In this document: positions 53,189 through 62,289 of the stretch, in pieces | Position numbering within the stretch: position 1 is the stretch's first letter | How the letters are laid out: every line of letters begins with the position of its first letter | From: Actinomycetota bacterium | GTDB lineage: Bacteria; Actinomycetota; CADDZG01; WHSQ01 | Assembly (NCBI GenBank): GCA_050693975.1 | Contig: JBOGWV010000177.1 | Location: 624 to 64,623 of the forward strand | Direction: 5' to 3' | DNA length: 64,000 nucleotides | Program-made: the position numbers and the translations under genes | The notes under the pieces: model-generated | Database searches by the model: none | Seen by the model: only the letters and a program-made list of their open reading frames with translations | What the model was told of the DNA's origin: nothing

Positions 53189-53658
53189 GATTCCCTCCTG
53201 AGCTGTCGGAGCTCGGCGTCCAGCCGCCGGCGTTCGTCGCCCGACACCGTGACCACCGGTTGGTTCTCGCTGCCCTCGGTGGCGCGCGGCCCTTTGAACC
53301 ATCGCCTGACCAACGTCCACGCGAGGCCGCCGCCGATCAACAGTGCGATCGAGGGCAGGATCCAGGCGAGGACGCCGGCGCCCTCGGATGAGGGCTCGGC
53401 TCGAATCGATGGCCCGAAGTCGGCCTCGAGGCGATCCATGATCTCGGCCTCGGTCATTCCGTCGCGCGCGTAGGTCTCGATGTCGTCACGCAGGTCGAGT
53501 GCCTTTTGCGACGGGCAGTCGTGGAGCGTTACGCCGGGGCAGTAGGGCGACATCACCTTGTTGGAGATGTCGTTGGCGAGATCCTCCGGAGATTGCGCCC
53601 GTGCGGGAATCGCAAGCAGGAGCGTTGTGAACAAGGCGAGGGCGAGCGCTCGTTTCAT
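53185..53658 (-). CDS. ccmH: CcmH-family cytochrome c maturation protein with a non-canonical Cys motif
   Basis: ATGA overlap with ccmF. Signal peptide present. Collinear with E. coli CcmH through the TM (LAWILPSIALLIGGGLAW), but has SPYCPGVTLHDC where LRCxxC is expected. Confidence 0.75.
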   Translation of the reverse strand: MKRALALALFTTLLLAIPARAQSPEDLANDISNKVMSPYCPGVTLHDCPSQKALDLRDDIETYARDGMTEAEIMDRLEADFGPSIRAEPSSEGAGVLAWILPSIALLIGGGLAWTLVRRWFKGPRATEGSENQPVVTVSGDERRRLDAELRQLRRES

Positions 53659-55667
53659 CGCGCCACCGCCGGCTCTCGTTTCTTTACCGCGGACTTCTTG
53701 GTCGCGGCTACCGCCACCGGAGCGCCGCCCGAAATGATGATCAACATGCCGCCCAGCATCACGGCCGCCCCCGCCCATATCCACCAGGTAAGGGGATTGA
53801 CGAACGCGCGGATCACCGCGGACTCATCCGCGTCGAATCCGGTCATCACGATGTAGAGGTCTTCGACGGGATTGGTTCGGATGGCGACCTCGCTCTGCGG
53901 TTGCCCCTGAGCGAGGTGGAAGTTGCGCTGCGGGAGCATCACCCCCAGGTCCTCGTCGCCGCGGCTCACCGCTATCTGAGCCTCGAAGATGTCCTTCTCC
54001 GGAGTGCTCATCGTGTTCAGCCCGTCGTAGGCGAGCACGTAGGACCCGACCTCGAGCGTCTCCCCGGGGCTCAGCTCGGCGCGCCGCTCGACCTTGAATG
54101 CGTTACCCGCGAAGCCGATCACGATCAACAACACGCCGAGGTGAACGATGTAGCCACCGTAGCGGCGCCGGTTGCGGAGCAGCGCCTGGTTGAGTGAGGC
54201 CAGCATCCCGATCCCATCTCGGCGGCGGTAGACCCCGCTGCCGCGCACGAACTCGGCGATGATCGCCGCGGCCGTGAACGCACAAAGCGCGAACGAGAGC
54301 AACGCTCCCGCGCTGGTGATCCCCGCGAGCCCGAGGCCGATCGCCGCCACCGCGCCGATGGCAAGTGGCACGCGCACCATCCTCCAGAACGAGCCCTTGC
54401 TCATACGTCTCCATGAGATGAGCGGACCGATGCCCGCGAGCCCGATGATGGCTAGCCCGATGGGCGTGAAGATCGCGTTGAAGAACGGGGGCCCCACCGA
54501 CAGCCGGATGCCGCTGAAGACCTCGGCGATGATCGGGTAGATCGTCCCCCAGAGCACCGTGAACGCGGCGGCCACGAACAGCACGTTGTTGGCGAGGAAC
54601 GCCGACTCACGAGAGAGCAGGGAGTCGAGGCGGTTCTCGCTTCGCAGCTCGTCGAGACGGTAGGCCACCATGCCGAGCCCTCCGATTAGCAGCAGCGCAA
54701 GGAACGGCAGGAAGTACTTGCCGATCGGGCCCTCGGAGAAGGTGTGAATCGAGCTCAGCAACCCCGAGCGAGTCAAGAAGGTGCCGAACACCGCAAGCAC
54801 GTAGGTGAGCACGATCAGCGTGACGTTCCAGACCTTCAGCATCCGGCGCTTCTCCTGAATCACGACGGAGTGCAGAAACGCGGTCGCGGTAAGCCAGGGC
54901 ATGAAGGAGGCGTTCTCGACGGGGTCCCAGGCCCAGTAACCACCCCACCCGAGCTCCGTGTAGGCCCAGGCTCCTCCCAGCACTATGCCGATGCTGAGGG
55001 CCGTCCACGCGAACAGCGTCCACCGCCTCGTCGCGGTGAACCACGAGTCGTCTAGCCGCTTGGTGATGAGTGCGCCGATCGCGAACGCAAACGGAATCGA
55101 GAAGCCGACGAACCCGGTGTACAGCAGCGGCGGGTGGATGACCATGCCGGGTGATTGCAGCAGGGGGTTGAGCCCGCTTCCGTCGGGCTCGACCGCGCCG
55201 GTCACGGTGGCGAAGGGATTGCCCGGGAAGGCCACCATGAAGAGGAAGAACCCTGCGATGACCATCAGCACGGCACCCGCCGAACCGACGAGCCTCGAGT
55301 TGCGCGCGGGGGCCTTTGCGATCGCCAGTGCCGAGAAGCCGGTCAGCAAGGTGGTCCAGAACAGCAGCGAGCCCTCCATGCCGCCCCACAGCGCGCTGAT
55401 CGTGTAGGGAACGCTCAGCGAGCGAGAGGTGTAGTTGGCGACATAGCTGACGTTGAAGTCGTGCGCCAGCAGCGCGCTCACCAACGACAGCGTCGCCAGC
55501 GCCGTGAATCCAAAGGTCGCGTACACGCAGCGTTTGCCGGCCTCGCTCAGATCGCGGCGCCCGCTTCGACCGGCCGCGACGAAGGCGGCGATGGCGAACA
55601 GCGCGAATACTCCGGCGGCCAGCAGCGAGGGTCGCCCGAGCTCGGCGAGAGACCGAATGGGCGACAC
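53655..55667 (-). CDS. ccmF: Cytochrome c haem lyase subunit CcmF
   Basis: GTG start 6 nt after GGAG and downstream of the ccmE stop. WGGYWAWDPVENASFMPWL Trp-rich motif. Multi-TM, about 670 aa. Confidence 0.9.
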   Translation of the reverse strand: MSPIRSLAELGRPSLLAAGVFALFAIAAFVAAGRSGRRDLSEAGKRCVYATFGFTALATLSLVSALLAHDFNVSYVANYTSRSLSVPYTISALWGGMEGSLLFWTTLLTGFSALAIAKAPARNSRLVGSAGAVLMVIAGFFLFMVAFPGNPFATVTGAVEPDGSGLNPLLQSPGMVIHPPLLYTGFVGFSIPFAFAIGALITKRLDDSWFTATRRWTLFAWTALSIGIVLGGAWAYTELGWGGYWAWDPVENASFMPWLTATAFLHSVVIQEKRRMLKVWNVTLIVLTYVLAVFGTFLTRSGLLSSIHTFSEGPIGKYFLPFLALLLIGGLGMVAYRLDELRSENRLDSLLSRESAFLANNVLFVAAAFTVLWGTIYPIIAEVFSGIRLSVGPPFFNAIFTPIGLAIIGLAGIGPLISWRRMSKGSFWRMVRVPLAIGAVAAIGLGLAGITSAGALLSFALCAFTAAAIIAEFVRGSGVYRRRDGIGMLASLNQALLRNRRRYGGYIVHLGVLLIVIGFAGNAFKVERRAELSPGETLEVGSYVLAYDGLNTMSTPEKDIFEAQIAVSRGDEDLGVMLPQRNFHLAQGQPQSEVAIRTNPVEDLYIVMTGFDADESAVIRAFVNPLTWWIWAGAAVMLGGMLIIISGGAPVAVAATKKSAVKKREPAVAR

Positions 55668-55698
55668 GCCTAACTCCGGGGGGTTCGAGACGGCGGGC

Positions 55699-56148
55699 TC
55701 ACGTCTGTGCCTTGAACTTCGAAGGACACTTGGCGAACACTTGAGTGGCCGTGAAGCTTTCTCCGTCGTACCGACCCTGGGCGATGATCTCGATCTTGTC
55801 GCTGTCGCTATAGAAGGCATCGGGCATGGTGGTGTTGGTGGTCACCGTGACCAGGGAGTCCCCGTCGGTGATGTCGAAGGTCGTGTTGACTCCCTCCTCG
55901 ACTATCGAATCCTGCACCAGGTCGCCGTTCACCTTGATGTCGCCGCCCGGCTGCGAGGCTCCCGCCGCCTCAAGCTCGCTGGGTGTCATGTAGAACGAGG
56001 TCGAGCCCGGCCTGGTCATTGCGAACGCGATCAATCCGATGATGGCGAGCGCTATCACCCCGCCGCCGACGAGAAATTTGGCGCGGCGTTTGCTAGGGGC
56101 CGGTGTTCGCTCGGGGGGGCCTTCAGCCGTTGCCGTGGACTCTTCCAT
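55699..56148 (-). CDS. ccmE: Haem chaperone CcmE, Cys variant (AKCPSKF in place of AKHDENY)
   Basis: N-terminal anchor and OB-fold (FYMTPSEL...IKVNGDLV...). The C-terminal haem-attachment position reads C-P-S-K-F (nt 55714-55728). Confidence 0.8.
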   Translation of the reverse strand: MEESTATAEGPPERTPAPSKRRAKFLVGGGVIALAIIGLIAFAMTRPGSTSFYMTPSELEAAGASQPGGDIKVNGDLVQDSIVEEGVNTTFDITDGDSLVTVTTNTTMPDAFYSDSDKIEIIAQGRYDGESFTATQVFAKCPSKFKAQT

Positions 56149-56248
56149 ACGGTTGCCAACAATAAAGGAATCACCGCCGTTGTCGGGCTTGCCGGGCCCG
56201 GGCAGGTGTGCAGGTGACCGGCCGTGCGGCCGCGCCTAGGCTGTAACG

Positions 56249-56884
56249 GTGAACGCTTTGGTTTCACCCACCGCCACCTCCAGGCCGCAGCTCCTGCGAC
56301 GCGCCGTGATGCTCGAGTACGTATCGCTCGCCTACAACGTGCTGGAAGCGGTCGTGGGTCTGGTGGCGGGAGTAGCCGCCGGCTCGGTGGCGCTGATCGG
56401 GTTCGGCCTCGATTCGGTCGTCGAGTCCTCGTCGGCCTCCATTCTGCTGTGGCGCCTGAGGGCTGAACGGAAAGGCGCCCACGTCGAGGACGTCGAGCGC
56501 CGGGCCGTTCGGTTGGTCGCGGTGGCGTTCTTCGCCCTGGCGGCCTACATCGGAGTCCAGAGTGCGCTCGATCTGGTGGCGGGGGCCAAGCCCGAGGCCA
56601 GCGTCCCCGGAATCATCCTGGCCGTGGCCTCGCTGATCGTCATGCCGGTGCTCGCCAATCGGAAGCGCCGGGCCGCGAGGGATTTGGACAGCCGCTCGCT
56701 CGAGGCCGACTCCACCCAGACGACGCTGTGCACCTATCTCTCGGCGGTGCTGCTCGGCGGCCTGATAGCCAACGCCACCTTGGGCTTGTGGTGGGCAGAC
56801 CCGGCGGCGGGACTGGCGATAGCCGCGTTAGCGGCCAAAGAGGGCACCGGGCTCTGGCGCACCAAAGACTTCTGCTGCCTCTAA
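56249..56884 (+). CDS. Cation diffusion facilitator-like transporter (transmembrane domain only)
   Basis: GTG start. Contains SLAYNVLEAVVGLVAGVAAGSVALIGFGLDSVVE, a CDF TM2 metal-site-like pattern, and later LEADSTQT. At 211 aa it has no cytoplasmic CTD. Confidence 0.7.
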   Translation: MNALVSPTATSRPQLLRRAVMLEYVSLAYNVLEAVVGLVAGVAAGSVALIGFGLDSVVESSSASILLWRLRAERKGAHVEDVERRAVRLVAVAFFALAAYIGVQSALDLVAGAKPEASVPGIILAVASLIVMPVLANRKRRAARDLDSRSLEADSTQTTLCTYLSAVLLGGLIANATLGLWWADPAAGLAIAALAAKEGTGLWRTKDFCCL

Positions 56885-56968
56885 CCCCCGATAGCTCAAC
56901 CCTTGGAGGTTTCTCGTCGATCCTGAGCGGATTTCATCCACGCGATCATCGGAACAGAGGAATTATTC

Positions 56969-57860
56969 CTAGAGCCCGACCGATTGTGTCCACGACGTAG
57001 GCTCGTCCCTCGTCACATCTTCCCAGGTCAGACGGACGACCCGCAGGTCGCGAAGAGTTGCAGCATTGTCGCGTCGACGATCGTCAGCGAAGCGCTGCCT
57101 GCTTGCATGCCACTTGCGTCCATCGACCTCGACGATGAGGCCGTGATCCGGAAACACGAAGTCAAGGCGATGACACTGGTCCCACTCAACCCCCACTTGT
57201 CGGCTCGGACTGGGAAAGCTAGCTCGCCGCATGACTCGAATGAAGGCGCTCTCAAGCTCACTTTCTGACATTGCCTCCTCCTCGCCGCGAACGCTGAGCA
57301 ATTCTCTAAAGAGTGCGGCTCCGGTGAGCCGGTGCTCTGTGGCGTAACCGAGCATGGTCTCGAGCTCCTCAAACGAGACCAAGTCCTGGCGAAGAGCAGC
57401 ATCCAGTGCGATCTCGGCTTGTGACTTCCTAGTAGATGCACACAGATCGAGGAGGGTGCGCCGAGGTGCCACTACGGGAAGGATTCCGACATGGCAAAGG
57501 TCTGTGTTCGGGGGCTCCCTCCGGCGGTGCGCCACGAAGCCGGGCTGGGGATTTGCCTTCGCTTGGTCACGACCTCAATCTGGGATAGACGCCCACCGAG
57601 AAGGCCGAGGGTCTGAGCTGCAGTCGCGTTGCAAAGGGCGGCGTCAGGCCCCCGCAGCCATTCGCCGCTGCTGGAGCGTGACCGGGACGGAGGAAACCCG
57701 AAAGACCTTCGGGAGCACGGGCAGGAGATCGCCACGCAGAACCGCTCGTCGAATCGATGAATCCGTAAACCCCGTGGCCAAGCTGAGTACGATTGACTGC
57801 CCCGAATTGCCGGCAGCTGAGGTCGGCCAATGCACGATCGCGGCTGTCCCTGTGTGTCAT
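56969..57860 (-). pseudogene. Frameshifted AbiEi-N/DUF559 (Vsr-like endonuclease domain) gene remnant
   Basis: Collinear homologous segments are spread over three frames. They are: MTHRDSRDRALADLSCRQFGAVNRTQL; SSIRRAVLRGDLLPVLPKVFRV..VTLQQRRMAA; DAALCNATAAQTLGLL..IEVV; and an intact-looking C-terminus FVFPDHGLIVEVDGRKWHASRQRFADDRRRDN. Confidence 0.7.
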
Positions 57861-57989
57861 TCGATCAGCATGGAGAGCGGACGCCGATCCCGTCTGTGGC
57901 GCACGTCACAACACGTGGAGGAAATCTGATCGGAAGCGGTGATACAGCTCCACATGATGCCCCATGAAACGAGCTGGGTCGGTGGGGGG

Positions 57990-58565
57990 TCAGGCTAGGA
58001 GGTAGAGGACGGTGAACAGGAAGATCCACACGACGTCTACGAAGTGCCAGTAGTAGCCGACCGCCTCGGTGGGCCCGTGGCGCTCCGCGGTGAAGTGCCC
58101 CATCCGACCCTTGGCCACGACGATGCTCAGCATCAGGAGGCCCCCGCCCACGTGCAGGCCGTGAAAGCCGGTCATCGTGAAGAACAGCGTGCCGAACACG
58201 TTGGTTCCGATCGTGAAGTCCTCGGCGAACAGTTCTGAGTACTCCAGGCCCTGCCCTGCGAGAAAGACGATTCCCAAAAGGATGGTGATCCCCGTCCAGC
58301 GAACGAGTCCCGACCGGTCCCCCCTCCGGATGGCGAGCACCCCCCGGTGCTGGGTGAACGACGACGCAACGAGAAACACCGTGAAGACACCGGTGCGGAG
58401 CGCGTCGATGTGAGGTGTGTCGGCCGGCGGCCACTCGCCGGCCTGCGCCCGAATGGTGAAGTAGGCGCCGAACAGAGCACCGAAGAACATCAGCTCGGAG
58501 GTGATGAAGATCACCATCCCGAGCAACGAGCTCGGCGTGCGGCCTTCGGTTGCGACGGCGTTCAC
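57990..58565 (-). CDS. ctaE: Cytochrome c oxidase subunit III (orphan copy)
   Basis: GTG start 4 nt after AGGAGG. Contains FFGALFGAYF, FHGLHVGGG, WHFVDVVWIFLF. Confidence 0.85.
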   Translation of the reverse strand: MNAVATEGRTPSSLLGMVIFITSELMFFGALFGAYFTIRAQAGEWPPADTPHIDALRTGVFTVFLVASSFTQHRGVLAIRRGDRSGLVRWTGITILLGIVFLAGQGLEYSELFAEDFTIGTNVFGTLFFTMTGFHGLHVGGGLLMLSIVVAKGRMGHFTAERHGPTEAVGYYWHFVDVVWIFLFTVLYLLA

Positions 58566-58595
58566 CGGTCCTCCTTTCGAGCAATTTCTCCCGGC

Positions 58596-58616
58596 GCGAA
58601 TCGTCGAGACGATCGC
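58596..58616. promoter_or_regulatory. Palindrome GCGAATCGTC-GA-GACGATCGC (copy 3 of 3, one inserted base)
   Basis: Lies in the 65-nt gap between the stop at 58631 and the ctaE start at 58565. Confidence 0.6.
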
Positions 58617-58630
58617 TAAATGTCCCGCTA

Positions 58631-59239
58631 TCAGTTCTCTAGTTCGAGCAGCCTTTCTATCTCCCGCTCCAACTCGGCCTTGCTGATGCCGCCGAGCCCC
58701 GAGGTGTTGGCGGGCACGTCCTCGCCGATCAGGACCGGCCCCTCGCTGGCCTGGATGGTGCTGTCGATGAACTCGTAGTCCGAGGTGATGAAGAAGGTCT
58801 GCGGATAGCCGGCGAGTCTGAACTCGTCCTCCATGTCCAGCGTTCCGATGACGAGCGGGTACGTCAGCCCGAACATATCCGCCATCGCCCTTGCGTCGTC
58901 GAGGTCGTCCTTCATGTTGATTCCGACGAACTCGACCTCATCCTGATAGCGCTCGTACAGTTCCTGGAACGCGGGCAGCTCCTCCTTGCAGGGCTTGCAC
59001 CACGACGCCCAGAAGTTGATGACGACGGGTCTACCCTCGAGGTCGGAGCTTGCCAGTTCGCCGTCGCCCGAAAGGAGCGGTAGCGAGAATTCCGGTGCCG
59101 TCTTCTCCTGCTCGGGAGCGGGTTTGAGAGCCAGGAACGCAACCACCCCGACCATCAGGGCAAGCGCAACCCCAACCACAATCCGCTTGCGAAAACGTGA
59201 ACGTTCGGCGCTTTCTTCGAGTTCGTTCGAGGGCACCAT
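58631..59239 (-). CDS. TlpA-family membrane-anchored thiol:disulfide oxidoreductase
   Basis: N-terminal anchor and thioredoxin fold with FWASWCKPCKEE. Divergent from ctaC. Confidence 0.8.
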   Translation of the reverse strand: MVPSNELEESAERSRFRKRIVVGVALALMVGVVAFLALKPAPEQEKTAPEFSLPLLSGDGELASSDLEGRPVVINFWASWCKPCKEELPAFQELYERYQDEVEFVGINMKDDLDDARAMADMFGLTYPLVIGTLDMEDEFRLAGYPQTFFITSDYEFIDSTIQASEGPVLIGEDVPANTSGLGGISKAELEREIERLLELEN

Positions 59240-59284
59240 GTTTCATCAGGCTACCGGGCTCGCGTCGGATATATTGCGCCTGCA

Positions 59285-60397
59285 GTGGCCAAGATGAGAT
59301 CGACGTTCTCCGGGAAGTTCATAAAGCGGGCTCTAAGGGGCGCGCTCCTTTTTTCATTGGTTCTCGCCGCAACCTCATGCGCGAACGCCGAGGACGCACC
59401 TCAATCCTCGTTGAATCCGGCCGGTGAGACGTCGCGGGCGGCGGACAGTCTCTGGGATCTCACGTTCGGCATCGCGGCGGTCGTGTTCGTGCTCGTGCAG
59501 GGAGCGCTCATCTTTGCCATCATCCGCTTCCGGCACAAAGAGGGCCGCAAGGCCGCTCAGTTCCACGGGAACACCAAGGTCGAGGTGATCCTGACCGTGA
59601 TTCCTGCGCTGATACTGGCCGGGATCTCGGTGCCGACGGTAAGCACGATCTTCGAGCTCCAGGGTGCCCAGCCCGAAGGCGCGATGCGCATCGAGGTAAT
59701 CGCTCACCAGTTCTGGTGGGAGTACCGCTATCCGGACCAGAACATAGTCACCGCCAACGAGCTGCACATCCCGACGGGCGAGACCGTAGTACTCGAGATC
59801 CAGGGAGCTACCACCGACCGCGTCGACGGAACGGCCGAGGTGAACCACAGCTTCTGGATCCCGCGGCTCGCCGGCACCCAGGACGTCGTGCCCGGCCACA
59901 GCAACTTCCTTCCGGTCGAGGCCGACGAGCCGGGGCGCTTCATGGGCCAGTGCAAGGAGTACTGCGGGCTGAGCCACGCCAACATGAGGATCGTCGCCTA
60001 CGCGCACGACCCCGACGACTTCGAGCAGTGGGTCGAGGAGCAGAGCGCGCCGGCGGCCGAGATCGGCGGCGACGCGGCGAACGGAGCAGAGTTGTTCGCG
60101 GAGAGCTTTCCGATCAAGAGCACGATCGTCGAGGACGGTCCGACCGAGTACGCCTGCGGGACGTGTCACGCTCTGCAGACCGGACTGGACGCCGCCCAGC
60201 CGGCCACCGGCCCCAACCTCTCGCACTTTGCATCTCGCAGCACCTTCGCGGGGGCGACCTTCGAGAACAACGAGGAGAATCTGGCCAACTGGCTGCGCGA
60301 CCCCGCCGGAGTGAGGCCGGGTTCCAAGATGCCGGCGCTGGACCTGAGCGAGGATGAGATCCGTGACCTTGTCGCCTACCTTCAGAGTCTCGAGTAG
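59285..60397 (+). CDS. ctaC: Cytochrome c oxidase subunit II with fused C-terminal cytochrome c domain (caa3 type)
   Basis: CuA site HSFWIP...CKEYCGLSHANM and C-terminal CGTCHAL haem c motif. The start is GTG 59285 or ATG 59294. Confidence 0.9.
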   Translation: MAKMRSTFSGKFIKRALRGALLFSLVLAATSCANAEDAPQSSLNPAGETSRAADSLWDLTFGIAAVVFVLVQGALIFAIIRFRHKEGRKAAQFHGNTKVEVILTVIPALILAGISVPTVSTIFELQGAQPEGAMRIEVIAHQFWWEYRYPDQNIVTANELHIPTGETVVLEIQGATTDRVDGTAEVNHSFWIPRLAGTQDVVPGHSNFLPVEADEPGRFMGQCKEYCGLSHANMRIVAYAHDPDDFEQWVEEQSAPAAEIGGDAANGAELFAESFPIKSTIVEDGPTEYACGTCHALQTGLDAAQPATGPNLSHFASRSTFAGATFENNEENLANWLRDPAGVRPGSKMPALDLSEDEIRDLVAYLQSLE

Positions 60398-60423
60398 AGC
60401 GGATGGAAAAGGGAGTGAGTTAG

Positions 60424-62289
60424 TTGGCAACAGCAGCGGCTCAGGGCGGCCTGTTCCGCAGACCGAGCGCTACCACCGGATGGTGGAGCTGGGTGACGTC
60501 GGTCGACCACAAGAAGATCGGGATCATGTACTGCGCGACCGCGCTGATCTTCTTCGTGATCGGCGGCCTCGAGGCGCTCGCCATCCGCTCTCAGCTCATC
60601 GTGCCCAACGGCGAGGTGCTGACCGCCGAGACCTATAACCAGTTCTTCACGATGCACGGCCTCACAATGATCTTCTTGGTCGTCATGCCGCTTGGAGTCG
60701 GGCTGATGAACTATCTGGCTCCCCTCATGATCGGGGCCCGTGACGTCGCTTTCCCGCGCATCAACGCGTTCAGCTACTGGGTGTTCGTAGCGGGCGGGCT
60801 GTTTCTGTATTCGAGCTTCCTCCTTGGGGGCGCGCCCAACGGTGGCTGGTTCGGCTACGCGCCGCTCAGCACGCAGCTTCCCGGCAACGGCATGACCTTC
60901 TACTCCATCGGTCTGCAAATCCTGGGTCTGGCGTCGCTTCTGGGCGCGGTCAACTTCATCGTCACGATCCTCAACATGCGCGCGCCGGGCATGACGCTCA
61001 TGCGCATGCCGGTGTTCATTTGGATGACGCTGGTGACATCGTTCTTGCTGCTGTTCGCGATGCCGGTCCTCGCGGTGGCGCTGTTCGAGTTGATGTTCGA
61101 CCGCGTCTACAACGCCAACTTCTTCAACCCCGTCAACGGGGGTGATCCGGTGCTGTGGCAGCACCTGTTCTGGTTGTTCGGTCACCCCGAGGTCTACATC
61201 ATGATTCTCCCCGCCATGGGAATCACGTCCGAGGTCTTGCCTACCTTCAGCCGCAAGCCGATCTTTGGCTACGCCGCAATGGTGTTCTCGGGTATCGCGA
61301 TCGGGTTCATGGGCTGGGGTGTTTGGGCACACCATATGTTCGCAGTCGGCCTAGGTCCCGTCGCGAACTCGGCGTTTGCGTTGTCCACGATGTTCATCGC
61401 GGTGCCAACGGGAGTGAAGATCTTCAACTGGTTGGGGACCATGTGGAAGGGCGACCTTCACTTCAACACTCCGATGTTGTTTGCGATCGGCTTCGTATCG
61501 ATGTTCATCATCGGAGGCCTGTCGGGAGTGACGCACGGGATCGTTCCTGCCGATGCACAGCAGACCGACACGTACTACATCGTGGCCCACCTCCACTACG
61601 TGCTGTTCGGGGGTGCCATCTTCGGACTCTTCGCCGGCATCTATTACTGGTGGCCGAAGGCGTTCGGCAAGCTGCTGTCGGAAGGCCTGGGCAAACTGCA
61701 CTTCGCGCTGATGATCATCGGATTCAATCTGGCGTTTGGCCCGATGCACATCCTCGGTCTCGAGGGAATGCCGCGCAGGACGTACACATATCCAGACGGG
61801 ATGGGATGGAACCTCTGGAATCTGGTGTCGACGGTGGGGGCGTTCACGATCGCGCTCTCGATCGCGGTGTTCTTCCTCAACGCGATGCGGACCGCCCGCA
61901 AGGGAAGAGAGGCGGGCGGGGATCCCTGGGATGCCCGCACTTTGGAATGGTCGATTCCCTCGCCGGCACCCATTTACAACTTTGCCGAGGTTCCCGTGGT
62001 CAAGGCGCGCGACGACTTCTGGCACCGCAAGTACGTGATCAAGCCGGATGAGTATGCAACTCCGGTGGTGGCTGGGGGCGCGACGGCGGAGGCCGAGCAC
62101 GACCCCCACGCCGACGATCACGGCATTCACCTGCCCGCCCCCTCGTTCTTCCCCGCGCTTGCGGCGTTGGCGATGCCGGTGCTCGGCTACGGCGTGATCT
62201 ACAGCTGGCCGGTGATCATCGTTGGAGCGGTGTTTCTGTTGCTGGGCCTCTTCGGCTGGGTCCTCGAGCCCTCGGAGGTCGACCACTAA
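60424..62289 (+). CDS. ctaD: Cytochrome c oxidase subunit I
   Basis: TTG start. Contains WWSWVTSVDHKKIGIMY, WFFGHPEVYI-type LFWLFGHPEVYIMILP, and HHMF. Confidence 0.95.
   Translation: MATAAAQGGLFRRPSATTGWWSWVTSVDHKKIGIMYCATALIFFVIGGLEALAIRSQLIVPNGEVLTAETYNQFFTMHGLTMIFLVVMPLGVGLMNYLAPLMIGARDVAFPRINAFSYWVFVAGGLFLYSSFLLGGAPNGGWFGYAPLSTQLPGNGMTFYSIGLQILGLASLLGAVNFIVTILNMRAPGMTLMRMPVFIWMTLVTSFLLLFAMPVLAVALFELMFDRVYNANFFNPVNGGDPVLWQHLFWLFGHPEVYIMILPAMGITSEVLPTFSRKPIFGYAAMVFSGIAIGFMGWGVWAHHMFAVGLGPVANSAFALSTMFIAVPTGVKIFNWLGTMWKGDLHFNTPMLFAIGFVSMFIIGGLSGVTHGIVPADAQQTDTYYIVAHLHYVLFGGAIFGLFAGIYYWWPKAFGKLLSEGLGKLHFALMIIGFNLAFGPMHILGLEGMPRRTYTYPDGMGWNLWNLVSTVGAFTIALSIAVFFLNAMRTARKGREAGGDPWDARTLEWSIPSPAPIYNFAEVPVVKARDDFWHRKYVIKPDEYATPVVAGGATAEAEHDPHADDHGIHLPAPSFFPALAALAMPVLGYGVIYSWPVIIVGAVFLLLGLFGWVLEPSEVDH

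Noticed and set aside
59375-60430. 351-aa minus-strand ORF
   Set aside because: It is antisense to ctaC, which has CuA and haem c motifs. The antisense product has no motifs and a biased Arg/Gly/Leu composition.
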